DNA of 63,515 nt, the filler included, from Octopus bimaculoides (Eukaryota), in assembly GCF_001194135.2 (NCBI RefSeq). It is 6 parts of 5 records of this genome, joined end to end, with 100 filler letters (N's around TTAATTAATTAA, not from the genome) between each part and the next. Parts side by side here need not be neighbours in the genome. Positions count along the whole stretch, not along the records: positions 46,521 to 61,114 come from NC_068985.1; positions 61,215 to 63,515 come from NC_068995.1; 4 more parts are not named here. One strand, given 5' to 3'. A program made the translations under genes and the position numbers. Below are positions 51,216 to 63,515 of the stretch, one piece after another (position 1 is the first letter of the stretch; each line of letters begins with the position of its first letter). Below the pieces are notes generated by a model that saw only the letters and a list, made by a program, of their open reading frames with translations, was not told the DNA's origin and made no database searches.

Positions 51216-52310
51216 CTGTCTTTTTTTTAGATTAGACCTGTAATTTACAGATCAAATCTTCTCACATTGTGTCACGTGGTTTCAGTCTGAGAGTGGCGTT
51301 AAAAGCGCACGTGCTTGTTAAGTATTCAGGTGTTCATACATGTCAGTGGAATACTCAGATGCTTATGCGTTAAGCTCAGGTGTAGATAGAACTATTGAAT
51401 GCTCGTCCTTGAAACCGAACAATATCTACAGGTAAACACAACACTTAGATATCCAACGGCCATAAAAACAATTAGCACTTGTCCATTCTGGTTCTTTTTT
51501 TGGCCTGTTTATGAATTCTTCATTTGTCTTTCGTCAGCCTAAAGATTCCTAATCCACCTCCTATCATACTAAAATACTCGCTGATTAAACATACACCCCA
51601 GATATATAATAAGGAAAACAACTATCCACTCGTATTAGCCACTCCTTCGATAGATAGCCCCCTAAACTAAAAGTAAGAAGAACATCCTTATATTATTGTT
51701 GTTGTTGTTGTTGTTGTTGTTCTTATTATCTATTGATGTTTAAAATCGTACTTATACATACTCTTATATATATATACTATTATTTCATCTGATCTGATCT
51801 GCTTCTTATCCCTACGTTTTTTTTGTTTATTTATTTTTGTTTATTTCTTTACAAAAATAATCACTAATTAGATACGTTACCCAAGATATACTAATAGAAA
51901 ACATTATCTGCAACCACTAACAACTCCACAGTTAGAATCCACCCGATAAATTTTGCCCGAGACACCCCGATATTATTATTGTTGTTATCATTACCGTTGT
52001 TACGATTGTATTGTTATCACTACTGTTGATATTTACATTCGTACGGATGTATCTACTGTTACTTATTAGTTGACATGACGATCAGTCGGACGCTGACACT
52101 CGTTGATNNNNNNNNNNTTGTTGTTATCATTACCGTTGTTACGATTGTATTGTTATCACTACTGTTGTTATTTACATTCGTACGGATGTATCTACAGTTA
52201 CTTATTAGTTGACATGACGATCAGTCGGACGCTGACACTCGTTGATGCTGCATCGAAGAGGCCAGGGAATAGAAGAAAGAAGACATGCACCCAACACCAG
52301 AGCTGAAGAC

Positions 52311-52455
52311 ACCTCCGAAAGGAGGGGCCCCGCCACGTCAAAACGGTAGAGGAGTAGGGGCCGAAACCGGACGTGGTTCCTCCTGATGATGTCTTGAGCT
52401 AACTGGATCCTATAAAGGAGCTGTTGTGGTAGCAGACCACGAAACATGGTTGAAA
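52311..52455 (+). ncRNA. Tandem pair of degenerate hammerhead-like motifs in a putative Penelope-type terminal repeat
   Basis: GGCCCC/GGGGCC stem followed by GAAACCGGAC; then CCTC-CTGATGA-T-GTCT...AGAC..GAAACATG. Confidence 0.4.
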
Positions 52456-52780
52456 TTCCTATGTTTATATTCTTTTCTTTCTTGTTCTATATGATTTTTA
52501 TTCCATAGTTTTAGTTGCTTTAGTTGTTTTACTTGTTTTATTTGTTTTGTTTTATTCGTTTACTTGTCCTGCTGGTCATTGACTTAATTGATAGCCAATA
52601 ACAAACCAGAACCACGCCATTGTTTTCAAATCAGAGCTGCCCAATTGGGTTGCAGGACTGACCATGACCCCCACCCCACTACACATGTGATATATATATA
52701 TATCAAAATGAGCAACAGGATATCAGAGTAGTGATGCAGTACAACCGTTTCAAGCGACTCCATTTAATTGAACAAGTATA

Positions 52781-52820
<40 letters not shown>

Positions 52821-53484
52821 CCAAGAGAGTTAGGGGTTGAGGATCCAACCCACTAAGGGATAATATCTATCCAATATACTGCTGGGAGGGTACCAGTTAT
52901 TGTTACACTANNNNNNNNNNNNNNNNNNNNNNNNNNNNNNNNNNNNNNNNNNNNNNNNNNNNNNNNNNNNNNNNNNNNNNNNNNNNNNNNNNNNNNNNNN
53001 NNNNNNNNNNNNNNNNNNNNNNNNNNNNNNNNNNNNNNNNNNNNNNNNNNNNNNNNNNNNNNNNNNNNNNNNNNNNNNNNNNNNNNNNNNNNNNNNNNNN
53101 NNNNNNNNNNNNNNNNNNNNNNNNNNNNNNNNNNNNNNNNNNNNNNNNNNNNNNNNNNNNNNNNNNNNNNNNNNNNNNNNNNNNNNNNNNNNNNNNNNNN
53201 NNNNNNNNNNNNNNNNNNNNNNNNNNNNNNNNNNNNNNNNNNNNNNNNNNNNNNNNNNNNNNNNNNNNNNNNNNNNNNNNNNNNNNNNNNNNNNNNNNNN
53301 NNNNNNNNNNNNNNNNNNNNNNNNNNNNNNNNNNNNNNNNNNNNNNNNNNNNNNNNNNNNNNNNNNNNNNNNNNNNNNNNNNNNNNNNNNNNNNNNNNNN
53401 NNNNNNNNNNNNNNNNNNNNNNNNNNNNNNNNNNNNNNNNNNNNNNNNNNNNNNNNNNNNNNNNNNNNNNNNNNNNNNNNNNNN

Positions 53485-53519
<35 letters not shown>

Positions 53520-53559
53520 GTCGGCCCAGGCCTTGTCTAACTTAGTAGCACCACCTGGC

Positions 53560-54430
53560 GAAGTCATTCAAATTAGGAATCAGACAACATGGCCCATTGT
53601 TTATGGAGACATCTCCGTGTGTAGGAGTTTTATCCGGGATTTCTTGAAGTAATTTGTCCAAGGACTTCTTGAACTTTGTGGGGTCTATTTCTGCTTTAAT
53701 GTGTTTTGGTGTAATGTTAAAGAGACGGGGGCAATTGAGATGAAATGATTCTTATTTCTTTATTGCCCACAAGGGGCTAAACATAGAGGGGACAAACAAG
53801 GACAGACAAAGGGATAAAGTCGATTACATTGATTCCAGTGTGTAACTGGTACTTAATTTATCGACTCCGAAAGGATGAAAAGCAAAGTCGACCTCGGCGG
53901 AATTTGAACTCAGAACGTAAAGACAGACAAAACACCGCTAAGCGTTTTGCCCGGCGTCCTAACTATTCTGCCGTATTGTTGTTATGAGATACGAGTATGA
54001 TTTATGTTGTGGGCGGATAGCACGGGGCACAAGTCTTGGGTGTGTCTTAAAGGTGATGCCAATATCATTTGCGCAATTCTGATGGAATATTTTCCACATC
54101 ATGCAGATGATGTAACGCTCACGGCGGCGTTGGAGAGAATAAAGCTTGAGCTTTTCTGGTCGACCCCAATAGTCGAGGCCTGTCATGCCTTCTATGTTTT
54201 TTATAATTGACCTTTGAGGCGCTTGAACTTTCATGATGCTTTGTTTTGTGTTGGGAGACCACAGTGGACAACAGTATTCAAGATGGGGTCGGACAAAAAT
54301 GGAGAAGAGAAGGATAATGGACTTGATATTTGTCGACGGGAAGGTTCTGAGAATCGAGGAACACATTCTGCAGGCCATGTCAAACATTACTATATCTTCC
54401 ACAATGTAACCTCGTGGGCATCGGTGCCGA
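53560..54430 (-). mobile_element. CR1-clade LINE 3' region interrupted by a SINE
   Basis: FVRPHLEYCCPLWSP...QRS..K.IEGM.GLDYW.R..KLKLYSLQRRRERY..ITTIRQN continues after the SINE as HF.SI.PRLFNITPKHIKAEIDPTKFKKSLDKLLQEIPD. Confidence 0.9.
53748..53960 (-). mobile_element. SINE family A (long-tail variant) nested in CR1
   Basis: Close match to 19849-20081 and 37641-37872; 5'-truncated. Confidence 0.9.
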
Positions 54431-54470
54431 TTTTTTCTTCCTCCGTTTTTCCATTCTTTGAACTTTCCTT

Positions 54471-54505
54471 GTTTCCGACGAAGGGCTCCGCCCGAAACGT
54501 CATAC
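54471..54505 (+). ncRNA. Minimal hammerhead-like motif in a Penelope-type terminal relic (about 54430-54580)
   Basis: CCGACGA (U4C variant), extra A, stem II GGGC/GCCC, GAAA, palindromic ACGT stem III, GUC site, stem I 3 of 4 pairs. Confidence 0.5.
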
Positions 54506-55202
54506 TCTCTCTCTCTTTCCTTTCCCGACCGTCTAATAACACTATCCGTATCACGTCCTCACGTTGCTGTTTTTTGTTATTGTTTTTTGTCTTTTTTTGA
54601 ACCTATATATATATATATATATATAACAAGTACATATGTACATATATGAAAACACAAATGTATATCTACATATATCCTTACAAATTTATATATAGATACG
54701 TATATAGTATATATGTATGTAAATGAATGTATGGGTATATACATACACGCACGCGCACACACATTATTTATACATATGCACATATATCCATACAGCATTT
54801 ATACATATATGAATTATGTATATACGTGTGTGTGTACATGTGTGCGTGTATGTGTACATGTGTGTGTGTGCGCGCGCGTTAGGATGCGTGTCTGTATGCG
54901 CGCGCTATTGCTTTCTCATCCGTGTTATGTTGGGAAAGCTTAAAGTTTCTGTTTAGATCTCAAACGTCTACAACTACAGAATTAACAGAGTAAGGTGATA
55001 AGAATCTGCAGACTCTGGAGACCATTTATCCCGCTCATTTATATGTTTTTATTTGTTATTTCTGATGTTGTTATTTTCATTCCCTTCTTTCGTTCCTTTC
55101 TTTCTACCCTCCTCTCTTGATATTTTTCCTTTTATCTCCTGGCTTCTTGCTTCAGCTATTTCGCCAACTATCCTCAAGTGTCGAAAACAGCTACATATAC
55201 AT

Positions 55203-55242
<40 letters not shown>

Positions 55243-55361
55243 ATATGCGCTTGCGTGCATGTACATAAATATACGTGTTTGTGTGTGTGTATGTATGTAT
55301 GTGCGTGCGTGCTTGCGGGTATGTGTGTGTATTCTGAATTGATTGTAATTCATTATCACAG

Positions 55362-56075
55362 ACGCAGGCATAGCTCTGTGGTAAGAAGTTTGTTTCCTAA
55401 CTACATGGTTCCAAGTTCATTTCTTTTGCAAGCCACCTGAGGTAAATGTCTTGTACTAGAGCTCCACGTTGACGAAACACTTGTGGATGGATTTGGAAAA
55501 TAAAAGAAGCCTATCTTATACATACATACATACATATNNNNNNNNNNNNNNNNNNNNNNNNNNNNNNNNNNNNNNNNNNNNNNNNNNNNNNNNNNNNNNN
55601 NNNNNNNNNNNNNNNNNNNNNNNNNNNNNNNNNNNNNNNNNNNNNNNNNNNNNNNNNNNNNNNNNNNNNNNNNNNNNNNNNNNNNNNNNNNNNNNNNNNN
55701 NNNNNNNNNNNNNNNNNNNNNNNNNNNNNNNNNNNNNNNNNNNNNNNNNNNNNNNNNNNNNNNNNNNNNNNNNNNNNNNNNNNNNNNNNNNNNNNNNNNN
55801 NNNNNNNNNNNNNNNNNNNNNNNNNNNNNNNNNNNNNNNNNNNNNNNNNNNNNNNNNNNNNNNNNNNNNNNCACACACACAAACACATACATACACACAC
55901 ACATATATGTATGTTTGTATCTATCTGTGTGTGCGCTTGTGTGTGTTTGTGTGTGTATGCGTCTTTCTGTTTGTCCCCATAACTTATCGGTTCGGCAAAA
56001 GGCATGAAAGAATAAGTACTAAGCTTTAAAATATGGGATCGATTCATTCAACATCCTTCAAGGCGATGCCGTGCA
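55362..56075 (+). mobile_element. SINE family B spanning an N gap at its internal microsatellite
   Basis: Degenerate head and core at 55362-55515, tail at 55940-56075. An inverted family B head follows at about 56075-56150. Confidence 0.75.
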
Positions 56076-56472
56076 GTGAGACTGAACTCGGAAGCACCGT
56101 GGTTGGGAAGCGAGCATGTTACCACGCAGCCTCTCCTACGCCTATATCTAAGAACCTTCCGTGTTCTTTTTCAGGGTTTAGAAAAACTGAAGGCCTGCTG
56201 GGACAGGTATGTGAATATGAGAGGGGAATGTGTTGAACAAAACCGTAATTAACTGAGCCTCCTGTCTTTTCTTTTACCCACAGCCAGGAACTTTTCGGAA
56301 TCCCTCGGAATCCCTCACGCTGGCACTTGTCACTATTAACGTCTGTCTTCCTTTTCTACCATTCCATCTATGATCTGGTCCCCGTCGCTTGTGGGTACTC
56401 GGCCACTTCTCCACCATCTCTCTCTCCTGTTATCTCTGGCAGTCTTGCTGTCTCCCACTCTCTCTGTCTGTA

Positions 56473-56524
<52 letters not shown>

Positions 56525-56599
56525 TTGCTCTTCCCTCCGGCTTAGTAACCTGTTTCTTCCCTCTTTCTTATTAACTCTCTCTCTTTCTCCCTCTTTCTC

Positions 56600-56965
56600 C
56601 TCCTCTCTTTCTCTGTTTGGGCAACCATGAACCTCCTCTACAGCAACACGTCTGTTTCTGTCTTTCTGTCACACTCTAACTTTTCATCATCTGACACAAG
56701 ATCACCTCCTCCAATTCCCCCTCCTCACTCAAACCTTCCTTGTCTTGCACATTACTTGGAGACCCTGTCAGTGCAGGTGCCACTTAAAAAGCACTCATCC
56801 CACTCTACAGGGTAGTTGGTGTTAGGAATGGCATCCAAACGTAAAGACCGTGCCAAAACAGACACAGAAGTATGGTGCAGTCTTCTGCCTGACCAACTCT
56901 TGTGAAACCGTTCAACCCATGCCAGCTTGGAAGAAGGACGTTAAACAATGATGATGATGATGATG
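56600..56965 (+). mobile_element. SINE-like family D with (ATG)n tail
   Basis: gggcaaccatgaacctcctctacagc...ggtgccacttaaaaagcac...aacccatgccagcttggaagaaggacgttaaacaatgatgatg. Confidence 0.75.
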
Positions 56966-58044
56966 ATGATAATAATATGAAAACTGTAATGAAGTNNNNN
57001 NNNNNNNNNNNNNNNNNNNNNNNNNNNNNNNNNNNNNNNNNNNNNNNNNNNNNNNNNNNNNNNNNNNNNNNNNNNNNNNNNNNNNNNNNNNNNNNNNNNN
57101 NNNNNNNNNNNNNNNNNNNNNNNNNNNNNNNATATGTGTGTGTGTGTGTGTAAGTATGTATGTGTGTATGTATGTATACATAGCCAGAGATAAGTTGATT
57201 TCGAATTCGAGTCTACTGTAGAAAAATAGCAATAATACTTTAATGAAATATTAACAATAAAACATAAATAATATAATAAAAATGGCAGAGAGGAGAGTAT
57301 GAAAATGAGAAATAAGGGCATGTGGGGGGAGTGAACAACCGAATGAAAAAGGGAAATTAAAAGAAAGAACGAGAGAAGGAAGAAAAGAAGAAAGAGAAAG
57401 AGAAAGGAGCGACGCAAAAAGAATTACAAAGATTAAATCATTAGATTGTTTTCCTATATTTTTAATGTATGTGTATATGAGGTGTATGTGTGCGTACGTG
57501 TGTATATGTGTATGTGTGTGTGTGTGTGTATGTTCTGCGTGCATGTAAATTCATTAAATTTTCTGTATCATTTTTATTTTGTTGTTGTTTGGTCCGTTAA
57601 GTTTGTAAAAATATGTCAGAGATACGTAGTGGAGAAATATAAGCACGGGTGAGTGTATGTTAACGTATATAAATGTCTGCGTATACATATGTGTATTAAC
57701 ATCTTAATTTATATACTGAAAGGAAGAATTATATTGTAAGTGAATGTGAGTATGTATACATGTATGGAGTCGTAATCAGCAGCACATTATATTAATAATA
57801 TATTTCAAGTTTCACACGCTAAACATAGTTTATATATACATAAATGCATGTATATGTATACATACGTAAATACATACATATGTAAATACATATACACACC
57901 AGTTTTCTTTTACGCACAACTATATTAAATGTAATTCCAACCACGTGTAGCAACATCGAATTGAATCCACTATACATTGGTATGTATGTATGTTTGTATG
58001 TATGTATGTATGTATGTATCTATGCATTCACGCACGTGTTTGTT

Positions 58045-58082
<38 letters not shown>

Positions 58083-58789
58083 TGTACGCGCGTGTGTATT
58101 TTAACATGAAGACCAAGACTCTCGCGGCAGACAGTGATGTGGAGTAATGGCTTCTGCAATAGTTAGGACAAAGTCATCGGTAGAGTCTGCACCTGTTATT
58201 GTCGAGGTCGCGTATCAGGAACTTCTTGATTTGTGAGGTCGATCCCTGCTGTTATCTACTGAAGTATGGTGGACATACCCATGACAAGATATGAATACGC
58301 AAAGTACAAGGTGTCTCCTCATAAATCTCTTGCATGGATGTCAAAGTTTATATCTGTTTCTGTCAGGTGAACATACTTTAGCTCTAGGGCATTTACAGAG
58401 CATCATTATTGCATCTACTGTTTTTATTTCGAAGATATAAAAGATATTTCCAACAACCTCACTCAGGACAGAATGAAAAATGGACAAACTCTCCGACGGA
58501 ACACTAATCTCGTATCTATGGTATTCAATGTGATCACATTTACCATTTCCATCGCAGTTCTTTATCCTTAAGTTTGGGTATCGGAGATACAACTATTATT
58601 ACCGAGTCAAAAGGAAGGAAAACAAAAACAGAAAAAAAAAAGGGAACATTCTGGTTAATCGAATCATCCGTCTATCGGAGACTCACGTTTTCGAACTTCA
58701 ATCAAGTTCTCGACTAATCACAATCACTATTGATATGATCTTCTGTACTCACTAGCTACAGGAAAATGCCATAACAGAAACCGTTATAC

Positions 58790-59935
58790 ATAACTTTTTG
58801 CGACCTCACTAAGATATTTGATTCCGGGAATCTTGACGCTTTCGGAATAATTGTGACTAAATCTAGCTACCAACAAAACGTCATCAGAATCACACACTGG
58901 AAGCTAATGTGCGATGACAACCTAACATGGGAGCTGGAGTAAGACAGAAATGAATATTGACTCCCTACGTTCCTTTCTATCTCTCTGTCAGTTATAATCG
59001 AGCCCACTCTTAGCGATCTTCCACCTATCATCCACATTTCAAGCTATTTAATCCTTTCTGACTCCATGTTGCGATATATTCACATCTACAATGATAGGTA
59101 AACATTAGTATGTTGTTGATATTATAGCAAATGCAACCTCAGCAGAACTCCAGAAAACTACCATCATTTTCACTGGTATATATGAAAACATGTGTCTACC
59201 TTTCAGTACAAGCAAAACAAAGGTCGCATCAACAAGCACCTAATAAGCAGCAACCAGGCCTAACTATTCAAATACGATGGAAAATGTAGAGCTGTCACCT
59301 ATTACAAAACGCAGATATTGATTAGGGTATGCAACGCCGGACAAAACATGGCAGCGCACGTTTCTGAAGGCTTAGAAGACAAGTATACGAATAAAAGAAG
59401 TCGTGATATATAATGCAGTTGTAATAACCACTCTTCTATACGGCTCTAAAGCCTGGACAAGCTATAGGCGACATCTCTGTAAGTTGGAAATATACTATTA
59501 GATATCTCTGAGAAAAATTCTTGCACACTTAGAGATATTTAAAAAATGGAGGAATGTCGATCTGCTCAAGCTAGCAATATCTCTTACAGTCAATCATGAT
59601 TACCCGCCATTACCTTCGATAGACTGGTCACATCGTACGAATACTGCGCTACTGGATAGTCAAACACAACTGAATAAACGAAAGCGTATACTGAGAAATC
59701 AACGAAGTGGTTCAAGGATATATAGGAATTTGGAAAAGCGTGGTGACAAAGTACAAGCAAAAATCGTTGGTGAATTATATACACGCGTGGGCGAGATCTT
59801 TATGATCAAACCCAATACTTCTACGGATTACGATTCGAACATGCCAATAGAAAACGGGAGCAGAGAAGCAGTGCGAAGCACCCACACTGTATTTTGTGTG
59901 TATTCATACTGGCAAGTAGTGTTTAACGCCACCTA
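58790..59935 (+). mobile_element. Degenerate RTE (BovB-like) LINE RT and C-terminus
   Basis: DLTKIFD, GVRQ, YVVD (cf. YADD), STSKTKV, VIYNAVVITTLLYGSKAWT.YRRHL.KLE and later GE...R..G..K motifs, in order. Confidence 0.8.
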
Positions 59936-60242
59936 ACCACGGCTGTTTCTTAGGAACCGACGATACTGTTATTTTAACCCCAAGGGCACATCTCCTCCAG
60001 TTGGTTATGCAGTGCACTCTGCACTCGATGTATATTGCAAGCGTGGAAAAAACTCCCTACTATTTTAGCCCCGAGACCATCAGATCGTATAGTTATCCTC
60101 GGTGGTGGATACTCGTCCGCTAGACATAGCAGTAGTTCACCCAGCTCGCAATATGTAGAAACATAAGTGGCACACAGTCATATATATATGTACATATGAA
60201 TATTACCTCTCGAGGTACATCACATAAAGCTATAAATGATCG

Positions 60243-60453
60243 TTTTTACTATAGGCACAACGCCTAAAATTTTAGTGGGTGGGAGTAAGTTGGTTATATC
60301 GATCCAAGTGCTCAACTGGTACTTATTTTATCCCCCGATAGGATGAAAGGTAAAGTCAACCTTGGCAGAATTTGAACTCAGAGCGTATAGACGGACGAAA
60401 GGCCACTAAATCGCTTTTCCGGCGTGTTAACGATTCTGCCAGCTCGCTGCCTT
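60243..60453 (-). mobile_element. SINE family A
   Basis: Complete head, core and tail. Confidence 0.88.
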
Positions 60454-61070
60454 ACATAATTCTAAATGACGTCTAAATATTGAGCTGAAAAACACTTTTG
60501 GCTGGAGAATACTAATGCAGCCCGAGAAACTTGAACACACATTTCCTGTAGACATGGCAGACGTTCTGCCATTCAACCAAAGCGATCCCTCGAATTTCTT
60601 TATCCATTTTAGAAACTTTATTCTATGTTTCTTGGGTAATTTTTCTATCTCTTTTGATGCTCCCATTTATCGCAATTTATCACCTCTGTATCTTACATCA
60701 AAATTTACTGAAGTTGTTGTTGTATTCAGCTGTTCTAGCAACAGCAGCCATATTGAAATAGAATATGCAGAATAAAACAGAAAACCTAATTTGAAACCTA
60801 GTAGAGAAAGCATATTCAGGACTATAAATAAAATGAATTTTGCATCATTCTTCCCAACATATGTGGAAAATATAACGACGAAACATTCAACAAATAAAAA
60901 AGGTGACGAAATTAATAATAAAATGAAGGTAAGTTGAGACTATGTGTATATGTATGTACATATTATGCATGTATGTATGCATGTTGTATGTATACATACA
61001 TATATATATATACATATATATGTATATACATATATATATATACATATGTATACATATATATATATATACG

Positions 61071-61114
<44 letters not shown>

Positions 61115-61214
61115 NNNNNNNNNNNNNNNNNNNNNNNNNNNNNNNNNNNNNNNNNNNNTTAATTAATTAANNNNNNNNNNNNNNNNNNNNNNNNNNNNNN
61201 NNNNNNNNNNNNNN

Positions 61215-61262
<48 letters not shown>

Positions 61263-61576
61263 ATACATATGATGCCAAGACTTATCTAACTTTAAGCCGA
61301 GTACATTATTCCCATAAAGATTTACGTAGCTTCGATGTATTTATCAGTAACGACCAGCGACATCTGTTTGTGATATATTAGGAGATTAAGTCAACCCATA
61401 GATTAATGATTCCGCATTATATAACTTACAAATTGCAAATCTTCCAGTTGGTAATAAAAATGTGAATGTGTTTAATGTTTATTGCAATGAAAGTGATCTA
61501 TTTCTTTAAACAGTGTACATATACTTATATAGTAATATAGATAAGTACAGGTATGAAAAAATATATACATGCACTC

Positions 61577-61748
61577 AGGCGTGGGAGTGGCTGTGTGGTA
61601 AGTAGCTTGCTTACCAACCACATGGTTCTGGGTTCAGTCACACTGCGTGGCACCTTGGGCAAGTGTCTTCTACTATAGTCTCGAGCCGACCAAAGCCTTG
61701 TGAGTGGATCTGGTGGACGGAAACTGAAAGAAGCCCGTCATATATACG

Positions 61749-61789
<41 letters not shown>

Positions 61790-61858
61790 ATATGTTTGTG
61801 TGTCTGTGTTTGTCCCCGTAACTTAGCGGTTCGGCAAAAGAGACTGATAGAATAAGTC
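61577..61858 (+). mobile_element. SINE family B, young, truncated by a gap
   Basis: aggcgtgggagtggctgtgtggtaagtagcttgcttaccaacc...ccttgggcaagtgtcttctac...(TA)n...gtccccgtaacttagcggttcggcaaaagagac. Confidence 0.9.
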
Positions 61859-62476
61859 NNNNNNNNNNNNNNNNNNNNNNNNNNNNNNNNNNNNNNNNNN
61901 NNNNNNNNNNNNNNNNNNNNNNNNNNNNNNNNNNNNNNNNNNNNNNNNNNNNNNNNNNNNNNNNNNNNNNNNNNNNNNNNNNNNNNNNNNNNNNNNNNNN
62001 NNNNNNNNNNNNNNNNNNNNNNNNNNNNNNNNNNNNNNNNNNNNNNNNNNNNNNNNNNNNNNNNNNNNNNNNNNNNNNNNNNNNNNNNNNNNNNNNNNNN
62101 NNNNNNNNNNNNNNNNNNNNNNNNNNNNNNNNNNNNNNNNNNNNNNNNNNNNNNNNNNNNNNNNNNNNNNNNNNNNNNNNNNNNNNNNNNNNNNNNNNNN
62201 NNNNNNNNNNNNNNNNNNNNNNNNNNNNNNNNNNNNNNNNNNNNNNNNNNNNNNNNNNNNNNNNNNNNNNNNNNNNNNNNNNNNNNNNNNNNNNNNNNNN
62301 NNNNNNNNNNNNNNNNNNNNNNNNNNNNNNNNNNNNNNNNNNNNNNNNNNNNNNNNNNNNNNNNNNNNNNNNNNNNNNNNNNNNNNNNNNNNNNNNNNNN
62401 NNNNNNNNNNNNNNNNNNNNNNNNNNNNNNNNNNNNNNNNNNNNNNNNNNNNNNNNNNNNNNNNNNNNNNNNNNNA

Positions 62477-62795
62477 GGATCGCGGTTTCGATTCCCAGAC
62501 CGGGCGTTGTGACTGTTTATTGAGCGAAAACACCTAAAGCTCCACGAGGCTCCGGCAGGTGATGGTGGCGAACCCTGCTGTACTCTTCCACCACAACTTT
62601 CCCTCACTCTTACTTCTTCTTTCTGTTGTGCCTGTAATTCACACTGTGTCACGCTGAATATCGCCGAGAACTACGTTAAGGGTACACGTGTCTGTGGAGT
62701 GCTCAACCACTTGCACGTTAATTTCACAAGCAGGCTGTTCCGTTGATCGGATCGACTGGAACCCTCGACGTCGTAAGCATTGGAGTGCCAACAAT
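62477..62795 (+). mobile_element. tRNA-derived SINE family F, head lost in a gap
   Basis: Homologous to 42380-42635. Confidence 0.85.
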
Positions 62796-63515
62796 TACTG
62801 GAGTTTTCCTTCTTAACTCCGCGTGTTCGTCTCTTCTTGTTTTTACAACAATTTCTTTTTATCTTTTGGTTGTTTCTGCCATACCAGCGTACTGCCTTAA
62901 AGGGTTTCTCGAACAGATTCACCCGAGTATTTACTTTTAACCTGGTGACTTAGCTAAATCGATAAGGCGTGGGTACGTAAACAATCAGCGGTTGTAAAGT
63001 GGTTGTGGTGGACAAGAACAAATACACACACAAACACCTACTCACGCACACATATTTGAATGTATAATATAAAGACACACAGACATACACACATATATAT
63101 AGATAGATACCTACATATTTGTCTATCTCTCTATCTATCTATCTATCTATCTATCCATCCATCCATCCATCTATCTATCTATCTATCTCTTTTCACGGAC
63201 GTGCTGTCACATTGGCTGCGAAGGTAAACGTTTATTGGACCTTTTATTGTCCACATTTTGTTGGAATTTTTAAATAATTTTGTTGCGAAGCACCTAGGCT
63301 TCATTTGTGTGTATTTTCAAGGGCAGGAATTGTCCCCCAGGGGCAGTTTCGGCCCTAGCAAAATACAAAAATTTCCTTCTCGACACTTGAAAAATGTGGA
63401 GAAACATAATTTTGGAACGCTTGTCCTGTTCTTTTGACGAGCATTTCCCGAGGCTTCAGATGCTAGAAGAAAAAAAAGAACAGAGTAACGCGTGCTCACT
63501 CAGTGATAGGAACGC

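Noticed and set aside
51979-52246. 129-bp tandem duplication with 2 substitutions
   Set aside because: It flanks a 10-N gap (52108-52117) and is most simply two alleles left unmerged. Long reads are needed to call it real.

Overview
AT-rich animal genomic DNA, most likely octopus/coleoid cephalopod (inferred from the SINE families and the extreme microsatellite density, not from a database match). It is a draft assembly with many N gaps. Five 100-bp scaffold joins of the form 44N-TTAATTAATTAA-44N split it into six blocks (about 1-12596, 12697-29637, 29738-39829, 39930-46420, 46521-61114, 61215-63515), so adjacency across those joins is not proven. No intact protein-coding gene, rRNA, tRNA gene or CRISPR array is supported, and almost all ORFs in the supplied track are microsatellite or N-run translations. 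The window is mostly decayed mobile elements: R4/Dong-like, RTE, CR1 and Penelope-like retroelements, several Tc1/mariner transposons and MITEs, a HINE-like element and at least five SINE-like families. The best leads are: (1) several hammerhead-ribozyme-like motifs in Penelope-type terminal relics, one nearly intact and one tandem pair; (2) two phase-compatible candidate exons of an unrecognised host gene at 29974-30840; (3) a 156-bp nested foldback element; (4) a ~690-bp head-to-head SINE palindrome; (5) a CpG-decayed domain that may record past germline methylation. All structural and protein assignments were made by eye and need computational confirmation.
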